This document shows positions 11,386 through 20,605 of a DNA stretch of 44,512 nt, one piece after another. Position numbers and translations under genes: made by a program. Under the pieces are notes generated by a model. The model ran no database searches. It was not told where the DNA came from and saw only the letters and a list, made by a program, of their open reading frames with translations. The stretch is from Anaeramoeba ignava BMAN (lineage: Eukaryota; Protista; Anaeramoebae), in assembly GCA_028826165.1 (NCBI GenBank), contig JAPDFW010000051.1, positions 1 through 44,512 of the forward strand, given 5' to 3'. Positions within the stretch are counted from its first letter, which is position 1. Every line of letters starts with the position of its first letter.

Positions 11386-13155
11386 TTAATTATTAAATTT
11401 GTTAATTAATAAATCAAATAAATTTGGATTTGTTTGATTTAATTGAAAATAATCAATTCCTCTTTCTAATTCTTCAATGATTTCTTTTGTAATTTGAATT
11501 TCATCTTTAATTTGATTTGAATAAATCCAATATTCAAATATTTGAAATGATTTATTACTTAATTCACTATAATCTGTAACTTTATTAGATTTATCTTCAG
11601 TAACAGATAAAAACATTCCTCGATATAATTCACTTCTCATTATTAATATTAATTTAGGAAATTTATATTGTTTTTCTTTTCTTTCAATTATAAAATATTT
11701 TTCATTTTCATTTTCATTTAAATAAATTCTTTTCATTGTTTCTTCAATTTTTTCATTGGAATTTATAATTCCTTTAATTTCAGAATATAATTTTGGATTT
11801 ATTATTCTGTTTGAATAAATCATTTCAAATAATTGATTTGATTCTTTAATTGATTTTTTTGAAATAATTTCTTGAAGTTTTTCAATTTGATTTTGATTTT
11901 GATTTAATCTATATTTCAATATTAATTTATGAGCTTCAATTATTTCTCCATTTTTGGTTTTAAATGAAATATTGCAAAATTCTTTTCTTCTAAATAGTTT
12001 TATCAAATCTTCTTCAAGATTTGAAAAAGAAGAAAGGAAAGGAGAATAATAAATAAATGATTTTAGATCACCACAAGAAATATGATAATTAGAAATTTTT
12101 TCATTAAATCTTAATTTAGGAAGTTCAATTTGAATTGGAATTTTTTTATATTTTGTGTCTCCAGTTCCTAATTCACCATAAGAATTATTTCCAAATCCAA
12201 TTAATTTTCCTTTAGAAGTTAATATCAAAGTATGATAAAAACCAACAGAAAAATCAAGAATATTATCATTTTCAAATAAAGATGATTTGATTTCAGTAAA
12301 TTCATAAGTATTTTCATATTGGCCAAGTCCATTAAATTGATAATTTCCACATGAATAAAGTTTTCTTTTTGGATGTTCATTTTCATTTTCATTTTCAATC
12401 AACATTATTGAATAAGTATATCCACATTGAATATCAATTATTTTGCCTTTTGGAATATTTTGGATTTTGGTTAATTTTTGGATTTTCCATTTGTTTAATT
12501 CTCCTAATCCAAGTTGACCATAATCATTATATCCACATCCAAATAATTCTTGATTTGAATTTAAAAGAAAAACATGATCTGAAGTATCTCCTGAAAATAT
12601 TTTAGAAACATTTTTCATCATTAAAATTGGTTTTTCTGTTTTTTGGAGTGTTTGATAATCAAAACCAAGTTGACCAGAATAATTTAAACCAATTCCATAA
12701 ACATTTTGATTTGAAGTTAATAAGTAAATTGAACGAGATCCAGAAACAATATCTTGAATTATTCTATCATTTATATCTTCAATTAATGATGAAATATTGA
12801 TGAATTGATTTGGATTATTTGGATTAATATCTTTTCCTTTGGCAAATACATTTCCTTCTATTGTTAAAATAGCTTCATTTTGATAACCAACAGTTACTTT
12901 TTGAATATTTTCTTTAATTTGAATTTTTGAAGGATTTTGATTTGGATCATTTTCTCTTAAATATTCTATTGCTTTTCCATTTTTAAAAAGGAAAATTGTT
13001 GATAAACTTGATGATGAAATTTGTTTAATTTGTTTTTCATTTTCATTTTCATTTTCATTTTCAAATTTAAATTGAATTGGTTTTGTTATTTCTTTTGTTT
13101 CATTTTTGAAAAGTTTTGGTTTTTGATTTAAACCAAAAAATAAACAATCATCCAT
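11386..13155 (-). CDS. RCC1-repeat + tandem BTB protein, array copy 2 (589 aa)
   Basis: RCC1 blades (VYGIGLNYSGQLG, LFGCGYNDYGQLG, SVGFYHTLILT..GKLIGFGNNSYGELG) followed by BTB-like segments EFCNISFKT..GEIIEAHKLIL and QYKFPKLILIMRSELYRGMF...FQIFEYWIYS. Confidence 0.92.
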   Translation of the reverse strand: MDDCLFFGLNQKPKLFKNETKEITKPIQFKFENENENENEKQIKQISSSSLSTIFLFKNGKAIEYLRENDPNQNPSKIQIKENIQKVTVGYQNEAILTIEGNVFAKGKDINPNNPNQFINISSLIEDINDRIIQDIVSGSRSIYLLTSNQNVYGIGLNYSGQLGFDYQTLQKTEKPILMMKNVSKIFSGDTSDHVFLLNSNQELFGCGYNDYGQLGLGELNKWKIQKLTKIQNIPKGKIIDIQCGYTYSIMLIENENENEHPKRKLYSCGNYQFNGLGQYENTYEFTEIKSSLFENDNILDFSVGFYHTLILTSKGKLIGFGNNSYGELGTGDTKYKKIPIQIELPKLRFNEKISNYHISCGDLKSFIYYSPFLSSFSNLEEDLIKLFRRKEFCNISFKTKNGEIIEAHKLILKYRLNQNQNQIEKLQEIISKKSIKESNQLFEMIYSNRIINPKLYSEIKGIINSNEKIEETMKRIYLNENENEKYFIIERKEKQYKFPKLILIMRSELYRGMFLSVTEDKSNKVTDYSELSNKSFQIFEYWIYSNQIKDEIQITKEIIEELERGIDYFQLNQTNPNLFDLLINKFNN

Positions 13156-13212
13156 TTTTGAAAAAGAAAAAAATGAAAAAATGATTTTGGAATTTTAATT
13201 TAGATTTTAATT

Positions 13213-13311
13213 TTAATTATTAAATTTGTTAATTAATAAATCAAATAAATTTGGATTTGTTTGATTTAATTGAAAATAATCAATTCCCATTTGAATTTCA
13301 TCAATTATTTC
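13213..13311 (-). pseudogene. Orphan 99-nt 3'-terminal fragment of an RCC1-BTB gene
   Basis: Translates EIIDEIQMGIDYFQLNQTNPNLFDLLINKFNN*, about 32 nt downstream of the copy 3 stop. Confidence 0.85.
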
Positions 13312-13343
13312 TTTTTTTGAATTTGATTTAATTTTTGTTCGAA

Positions 13344-15203
13344 TTAAAAAATTAAACAATTTTTACTTTTCTCATTTTGATTTTGATTTTGATTATTAAA
13401 TTTGTTAATTAATAAATCAAATAAATTTGGATATGTTTGATTTAATTGAAAATAATCAATTCCTCTTTTAAGTTCATTAATTATTTCTTGTGTAATTTGA
13501 ATTCCATCTTTGATTTGATTTGAATAAATCCAATATTCAAATATTTGAAATGATTCTTCACTTAATTCACTATAATCTGTAACTTTATTAGAAGTATCAT
13601 TTGTTACAGATAAAAACATTCCTCGATATAATTCACTTCTCATTATTAATATTAATTTAGGAAATTTATATTGTTTTTCTTTTCTTTCAATTATAAAATC
13701 TTTTTCATTTTCATTTTCATTTCCATTTAAATAAATTCTTTTAATTGTTTCTTCAATTTTTTCATTTGAATTTATAATTTCTTTAATTTCAGAATATAAT
13801 TTTGGATTTATTATTTTGTTTGAATAAATCATTTCAAATATTTGATTTGATTCTTTAATTGATTTAGTTGAAATAATTTCTTGAAGTTTTTCAATTTGAT
13901 TTTCATTTTGATTTTGATTTAATCTATATTTTAATATTAATTTATGAGCTTCAATCATTTCTCCATTTTTGGTTTTAAATGAAATATTGCAAAATTCTTT
14001 TCTTCTAAATAGTTTTATCAAATCTTCTTCAAGATTGGAAAAAGAAGAAAGAAAAGGAGAATAATAAATAAATGATTTTTCATTTCTACAAAGAATATGA
14101 TAATTAGAAATATTTTCATTAAATCTTAATTTAGGAAGTTCAATTTGAATAGGAATTAATTTATTTTCTGTATTTCCAGTTCCTAATTGACCATATTCAT
14201 TATTTCCAAATCCGATCAATTTTGAATTGGTTGTTAAAATCAAAGTATGAGTATTTCCACCAGAAAAATCAAGAATATTATTATTTTCAAATAAAGATGA
14301 TTTGATTTCAGTAAATTCATAAGTATCTTCATATTTGCCAAGTCCATTATATTTATAATTTCCACATGAATAAAGTTTTCTTTTTGGATTTTTATTTTCA
14401 TTTTCATTTTCAATCAACATTATTGAATGAGTATATCCAGATTGAATATCAATTATTTTACCTTTTGGAATATTTTGGATTTTGGTTAATTTATTGATTA
14501 CTGGCAATTTTTTTGATGATAACCCAAGTTTGGAGTAGTAATTCCAACCACATGTAAATAATTCTTGATTTGAATTTAAAAGAAAAACATGATCTGAAGT
14601 ATCTCCTGAAAATATTTTAGAAACATTTTTCATCATTAAAATTGGTTTTTCTGTTTTTGGAAGTGTTTTAGAATCTAAACCAAGTTGACCATAAAAATTA
14701 TCACCAATTCCATAAACATTTTGATTTGAAGTTAATAAGTAAATTGAATGATTTCCAGAAGCAACATCTTGAATTATTCTATCATTTGTATCTTCAATTA
14801 ATGATGAAATATTGATAAATTTATTTGGATTAATATCTTTTCCTTTGGCAAATACATTTCCTTCTATTGTTAAAATAGCTTCATTTTCTTCACCAACAGA
14901 TACTTTTTGAATATTTTCAATTTGTATTTTTTTAGGTTTTTTTTTTAAAAAATTTGGGTATTCTTCTCTTAAATATTCTATTGCTTTTCCATTTTCAAAA
15001 AGGAAAATTGTTGAATAATAACTTGAAAAAATTTGTTTAATTTGTTTTTCATTTTCATTTTCATTTTCATTTTCATTTTCATTTTCATTTTCATTTTCAT
15101 TTTCATTTTCAAATTTAAATTGAATTGGTTCTTTTATTTTTTCTGGTTCATTTTTGAAAAGAATTGGATATAGATTTCTTCCAAAAAATAAACAATCATT
15201 CAT
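13344..15203 (-). CDS. RCC1-repeat + tandem BTB protein, array copy 3 (619 aa), with C-terminal CaaX (CLIF)
   Basis: Same architecture as copy 2. Ends EKSKNCLIF*. Confidence 0.92.
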   Translation of the reverse strand: MNDCLFFGRNLYPILFKNEPEKIKEPIQFKFENENENENENENENENENENEKQIKQIFSSYYSTIFLFENGKAIEYLREEYPNFLKKKPKKIQIENIQKVSVGEENEAILTIEGNVFAKGKDINPNKFINISSLIEDTNDRIIQDVASGNHSIYLLTSNQNVYGIGDNFYGQLGLDSKTLPKTEKPILMMKNVSKIFSGDTSDHVFLLNSNQELFTCGWNYYSKLGLSSKKLPVINKLTKIQNIPKGKIIDIQSGYTHSIMLIENENENKNPKRKLYSCGNYKYNGLGKYEDTYEFTEIKSSLFENNNILDFSGGNTHTLILTTNSKLIGFGNNEYGQLGTGNTENKLIPIQIELPKLRFNENISNYHILCRNEKSFIYYSPFLSSFSNLEEDLIKLFRRKEFCNISFKTKNGEMIEAHKLILKYRLNQNQNENQIEKLQEIISTKSIKESNQIFEMIYSNKIINPKLYSEIKEIINSNEKIEETIKRIYLNGNENENEKDFIIERKEKQYKFPKLILIMRSELYRGMFLSVTNDTSNKVTDYSELSEESFQIFEYWIYSNQIKDGIQITQEIINELKRGIDYFQLNQTYPNLFDLLINKFNNQNQNQNEKSKNCLIF

Positions 15204-15449
15204 TTTTGAAAAAGAAAAAAATGAAAAAAAGATTTTGGAATTTTAATTTTAATTTTAATTTTAATTTTAATTTTGATTTTAATTTTGATTTTAATTTTAA
15301 TTTTAATTTTAATTTTAATTTTAAATTTTAATTTTAATTTTAATTTTAATTTTAATTTGAATTTTAATTTTGATTTAAATTTTAATTTTAATATTAATTT
15401 TGATTTTTGATTTTAATTTTAATTTTGATTTTAATTATTAAATTTAATT

Positions 15450-15548
15450 TTAATTTTTAAATTTGTTGATTAATAAATCAAATAAATTTGGATTTGTTTG
15501 ATTTAATTGAAAATAATCAATTCCCATTTGAATTTCATCAATTATTTC
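15450..15548 (-). pseudogene. Second orphan 99-nt 3'-terminal RCC1-BTB fragment
   Basis: Translates EIIDEIQMGIDYFQLNQTNPNLFDLLINKFKN*. Nearly identical to 13213..13311, with the same spacer after the copy 4 stop. Confidence 0.85.
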
Positions 15549-15580
15549 TTTTTTTGAATTTGATTTAATTTTTGTTCGAA

Positions 15581-17560
15581 TTAAAAAATTAAACAATTTT
15601 TACTTTTCTCATTTTGATTTTGATTTTGATTTTGATTTTGATTTTGATTTTGATTTTGATTTTGATTTTGATTTTGATTTTGATTTTGATTTTGATTATT
15701 AAATTTCCTGATTAATAAATCAAATAAATTTGGATTTGTTTGATTTAATTGAAAATAATCAATTCCTGTTTTAATTCCAGCAATAATTTCTTCTGTAATT
15801 TGAATTTCATCTTTAATTTGATTTGAATAAATCCAATATTCAAATATTTGAAATGATTTATTACTTAATTCACTATTATCTGTAACTTTATTAGAAGTAT
15901 CATTTGTTACAGATAAAAACATTCCTCGATATAATTCACTTCTCATTATTAATATTAATTTGGGAAATTTATATTTCTTTTCTTTTCTTTCAATTATAAA
16001 ATCTTTTTCATTTTCATTTTCATTTAAATAAATTCTTTTCATTGTTTCTTCAATTTTTTCATTTGAATTTATAATTTCTTTAATTTCTGAATATAATTTT
16101 GGATTTATTATTCTGTTTGAATAAATCATTTCAAATATTTGATTAGATTCTTTAATTGATTTTTTTGAAATAATTTCTTGAAGTTTTTCAATTTCATTTT
16201 GATTTTCATCTTTTAATCTATATTTCAATATTAATTTATGAGCTTCAATTATTTCTCCATTTTCTGTTTTAAATGAAATATTGCAAAATTCTTTTCTTCT
16301 AAATAGTTTTATCAAATCTTCTTCAAGATTGGAAAAAGAAGAAAGGAAAGGAGAATAATAAATAAATGATTTTTCATTTCTACAAGAAATATGATAATTG
16401 GAAATATCTTCATTAAATCTTAATTTAGGAAGTTCAATTTGAATTGGAATTAATTTATTTTCTGTATTTCCAGTTCCTAATTGACCATATTCATTATATC
16501 CAAATCCAATCAATTTTGATTTAGAAGTTAAAATCAAAGTATGCATATTTCCAACAGAAAAATCAAGAATATTATCATCATTTTCAAATAAAGATGATTT
16601 GATTTCAGTAAATTCATAAGTATTTCCATTTTGCCCAAGTCCATTAAATAGATAAAATCCACATGAATAAAGTTTTCTTTTTGGATTTTCATCATTTTCA
16701 TCTTCAATTTCAATCAACATTATTGAATAAGAATTTCCACATTGAATATCAATTATTTTGCCTTTTGGAATATTTTGGATTTTGGTTAATTTTTGGATTT
16801 TCTTTCCTTTTTTTCTTGATTTTCCTAATCCAAGTTGACCATAATCACAACCGCATCCAAATAATTCTTGATTTGAATTTAAAAGAAAAACAGAATCTGA
16901 AATATGTCCTGAAAATATTTTAGAAACATTTTTCATCATTAAAATTGGTTTTTCTGTTTTTGGAAGTTTTTTAGAATTAAAACCAAGTTGACCATAATAA
17001 TTATTACCAATTCCATAAGCATTTTGATTTGAAGTTAATAAGTAAATTGATTTAGCTCCACAAACAATATCTTGAATTGTTCTATCATTTGTATCTTGAA
17101 TTAATGATGAAATATTGATAAACTCTTTTGGATTTTCTGGATTAATATTTCTTCCTTTGGCAAATACATTTCTTTCTATTGTTAAAATAGATTCATTATA
17201 ATCACCAACAGTTACTTTTTGAATATTTTCAATTTGAATTTTTTTGAGATGTTGATTTGGATCATTTTGATTTAAATATTCTATTGCTTTTCCATTTTTA
17301 AAAAGGAAAATTGTTGAAAAATTTCCTGATGAAATTTGTTTAATTTGTTTTTCATTTTCATTTTCATTTTCATTTTCATTTTCATTTTCATTTTCATTTT
17401 CATTTTCATTTTCATTTTCATTTTCATTTTCATTTTCATTTTCATTTTCATTTTCATTTTCATTTTCAAATTTAAATTGAATTGGTTCTATTATTTTTTC
17501 TGGTTCATTTTTGAAAAGAGTTGGTAATTGATTTCTTCCAAAAAATAAACAATCATTCAT
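15581..17560 (-). CDS. RCC1-repeat + tandem BTB protein, array copy 4 (659 aa), with long (EN)n and (QN)n tracts and C-terminal CaaX (CLIF)
   Basis: Same architecture as copies 2-3. (GAAAAT)n at ~17350-17468 and (CAAAAT)n at ~15612-15695. Confidence 0.92.
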   Translation of the reverse strand: MNDCLFFGRNQLPTLFKNEPEKIIEPIQFKFENENENENENENENENENENENENENENENENENENENEKQIKQISSGNFSTIFLFKNGKAIEYLNQNDPNQHLKKIQIENIQKVTVGDYNESILTIERNVFAKGRNINPENPKEFINISSLIQDTNDRTIQDIVCGAKSIYLLTSNQNAYGIGNNYYGQLGFNSKKLPKTEKPILMMKNVSKIFSGHISDSVFLLNSNQELFGCGCDYGQLGLGKSRKKGKKIQKLTKIQNIPKGKIIDIQCGNSYSIMLIEIEDENDENPKRKLYSCGFYLFNGLGQNGNTYEFTEIKSSLFENDDNILDFSVGNMHTLILTSKSKLIGFGYNEYGQLGTGNTENKLIPIQIELPKLRFNEDISNYHISCRNEKSFIYYSPFLSSFSNLEEDLIKLFRRKEFCNISFKTENGEIIEAHKLILKYRLKDENQNEIEKLQEIISKKSIKESNQIFEMIYSNRIINPKLYSEIKEIINSNEKIEETMKRIYLNENENEKDFIIERKEKKYKFPKLILIMRSELYRGMFLSVTNDTSNKVTDNSELSNKSFQIFEYWIYSNQIKDEIQITEEIIAGIKTGIDYFQLNQTNPNLFDLLIRKFNNQNQNQNQNQNQNQNQNQNQNQNQNQNQNEKSKNCLIF

Positions 17561-17651
17561 TTTTGAAAAAGAAAAAAAATGAAAAAATGAAAAAAAATTT
17601 TTTTGAATTTTAATTTTTTCATTTTTTTATTTCTTTCTTTCTTTTAAAAAA
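17561..17651. promoter_or_regulatory. 91-bp bidirectional promoter with TCATTTT initiator-like motifs on both strands
   Basis: Divergent ATGs at 17560 (-) and 17652 (+). AAAAAAATGA occurs twice on the left and TTTTCATTTTTTT on the right. Confidence 0.55.
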
Positions 17652-20454
17652 ATGACAAATGAAATTTCAAATATTGATCTTTTTACAGAAAAAATTGAAT
17701 GGGAAGAAATTTTTACAGTTTTAAATGAAGCAAAAGAAGGTTAATTAAATTTTGATTTTAAATTTAATTTTAATTTTAATTTTAATTTAAATTTTAATTT
17801 TAATTTTAATTTTAATTTAAATTTTAATTTTAATTTTAATTTTAATTTTAATTTTGATTTTAAATTTAAATTTTGATTTTAAATTTAATTTTAATTTTAA
17901 ATTTTGATTTTAAATTTAATTTTAATTTTAATTTTAATTTTAAATTTTAATTTAAATTTTAATTTAAATTTTGATTTAAAAAATTAAAAAGAAATGAAAA
18001 TGGGAGAACTTTTAAGTTCAAAAGAATTCACCATTTCGAAAACAAAATATTATCGAGAAATTGGAAATGTAAAATCTGATTCTGGACTTGTTCGAGTTCC
18101 AGGAGAATTATTTACAATTGAAGAAGCACAAGGAAGTTTTCCGTTATCTAATTTAACTGCACCACAAGTATTATCAGTTATGGATAAGTTATTTTGTTGT
18201 GAAATGACTTGGTTAAATGGTGAAAATATCGCTCAAACTATTTTTTCCTCCTTTTATTGTTATTATATTGAATCTGTTCAAAATAAACCTTTGAAATTAT
18301 TTTGTCAATCTGTTTTAAAACATTGTGTTGTTATTTTAAGATTGATTTCTACTACTGGTGTTTATGTTGTAAATTTTATATTTAATTTTAATTTTATATT
18401 TAATTTTAATTTTATATTTAATTTTATATTTAATTTTATATTTAAAATTTTATATTTAATTTTTATATTTAAATTTATATTTAATTTTATATTTAAATTA
18501 TATTTAATTTTATATTTAAAATTTAATTTTATATTTAAATTATATTTTATTTTTATATTTAATTTTATATTTAAATTTATATTTAATTATTATATTTAAA
18601 TTATATTTAATTTTATATTTAAATTTATATTTAAATTTTAGGAAGATGAAGATTTTACAACAAATGTTTTTGGATTTAATTTATTTGATGGACCAATAAA
18701 CCAAAATCTAGAAAAATTCGAAAAAGAAATTATCCAAGAATCAGAATTACGAATAGAATCCGAAAACGAAATAGCAAACGAATTAGACACACTTTTAGAT
18801 TGCATGCTTGGCGGAATCACAAAAAATGATTTCTTAGAAGCACTTTTAGTGCGTTTCAAATTAAGAAAATTACTTTTAAATATTCAAGAAACATTTGAAA
18901 AAGAACCAAACGAAGACAATTTGGAAATTTTACACAAAAAAATCACAGAAGAAATGGAAGAAATAATTCTCAAATTAACAAAAACACATGAAAAATTAAT
19001 AGAAATTTTTGGGGAAAAAGATCCGCCAGGATTTGATACAGAAATCCATCGGAGAAGAATATCTCCACCAACACAAATCCGGACTGTCAAGATATTTGAT
19101 TTCGGATCTTCAATTTCAATGCTTAAGAAAATCATGGATGAAACCAAATGGATTTGCGAAATTTTTGGATATTTAGATCCCATGTCGAAAATAAATTGGG
19201 ATAGCGAAGCGATTCCCGAAATTGGATATCGCGAAAGATTATTTTATTATTTAATCAATTTTAGTCACAAAAACCCTAATATTATTTCGCGGTCGCGATT
19301 GAAGCTACTCGTGACCCAAGAACAATCTATTTTGCAGGAAATCAAGATGGATGAGATGATTATTGAGGATATGGTTGAGTTTGGGGTGCTTCCCAAATAT
19401 GCAAAACACAAGGAGGCGCACCCAACAATAATGACCATATCGTTTGTTTTTACGGAAATGATTTCTGCACCTTGTTTTGAAAAGACAACATATTACAAAA
19501 AGCTGAAAAAATTATTCCAATTGTGGGGAAGTACAATTTCGAAAGGAAATCAACTTGACCCGACTTTGGTTTCGAAGTCGGACTCGCAAGCAGAAGATTT
19601 CGGACTTCACGACACTCACATTATCAAAAACTTCCCATTTTCATGTTGGATGCTTGATGTTTCACTGAATATTTGCATATATTACATTTCGCTCTGTTTT
19701 GAGCTTGATTTGTATTCTCTTCCCGAATCAACAAGTGCGTTTTGGTACTTGCATTATTTGATGGGAATAAAATTGAAAACAATGCTTGCAGGAAATTTAT
19801 ATAAAATCACAAGAAATCAAAAATTCCCAATTCAGTTTGAAATTTCATCCAAAAAAACAAAAGGAAGAAAAGCAATTTCACAGCATAAATTATACAAGGA
19901 GCAAGAACGCCAAAAAGAACCAACGCATCCAGGAAGAGCGCGATCTCGCAACTACAAGATTCATGTATCTTCTTCAAGCACAGCAACTTATATGCAGGGC
20001 TCTTCTGCATCTTATGCTTGGATGCGAAAAGGATAACATAATCGGCCCATCTCAAAATCAAAAATATTCCTTTCTTAATATGCAGGCTGTTTTTAAAAAC
20101 CGTTTTAATCTCATCCATTTTGTTCTTAATCCTTCTCATTCTTATCAAACTTTTACTGAAAAAACTGAGTTTCTTCGCGAAAATGATTTCCCTTCGTTCT
20201 GTGAAAGCGCCCTTAATTCCCTTGATGAATGCCAGGCTACTATCCAGGAATGCTTCGAAAAACGTCGAAAGGAATCAATGGTTTCTTTGATCGATGATGA
20301 ACTTGAATCTATTAAAAAATTAGCTTTTGCAAATAAAATTGCGGTTAAACTCATTCTGCAACTTAGAGAGAAACAAAAAATCCCTTTTCTCAGTTTCCGT
20401 TTTGACATCCATCCATGGCTTCCTGTTGTGTGTGTGTCTACAACAAAGAAGTGA
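17652..20454 (+). CDS. NAA35: N-alpha-acetyltransferase 35, NatC auxiliary subunit (Mak10). Exons 17652-17739, 17992-18368, 18642-20454, with one frameshift near 19860-19920
   Basis: Mak10 motifs VMDKLFCCEMTWLNGENIAQTIFS, GVYV|EDEDF across the splice junction, PNIISRSRL, FELDLYSLPE...FWYLHYL, and FKNRF. Both GT-AG introns preserve the frame. Confidence 0.88.
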
Positions 20455-20605
20455 AGACTGAGATGATAAATAGTATATTTTTTTTTTGGAAGATAAAAAG
20501 AGAAAGAAAACGATCCACTTTTTTTTTTAAATAAAAATTTTCATTTTTTTTCATTTTTTTCATTTTTTCATTTTTCATTTTTTCATTTTTTCATTTTTCT
20601 TTAAA

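Noticed and set aside
13213-13343. Orphan C-terminal fragment as an alternatively spliced last exon
   Set aside because: An AAAG precedes it, but there is no GT/GC donor at the homologous position (ATTACACAAGAA) in the gene, so it is better explained as a duplication remnant.
9471-17560. Diversity-generating retroelement acting on the RCC1 array
   Set aside because: No reverse transcriptase or template/variable repeat pair is present, and differences are distributed along the genes and not adenine-specific.
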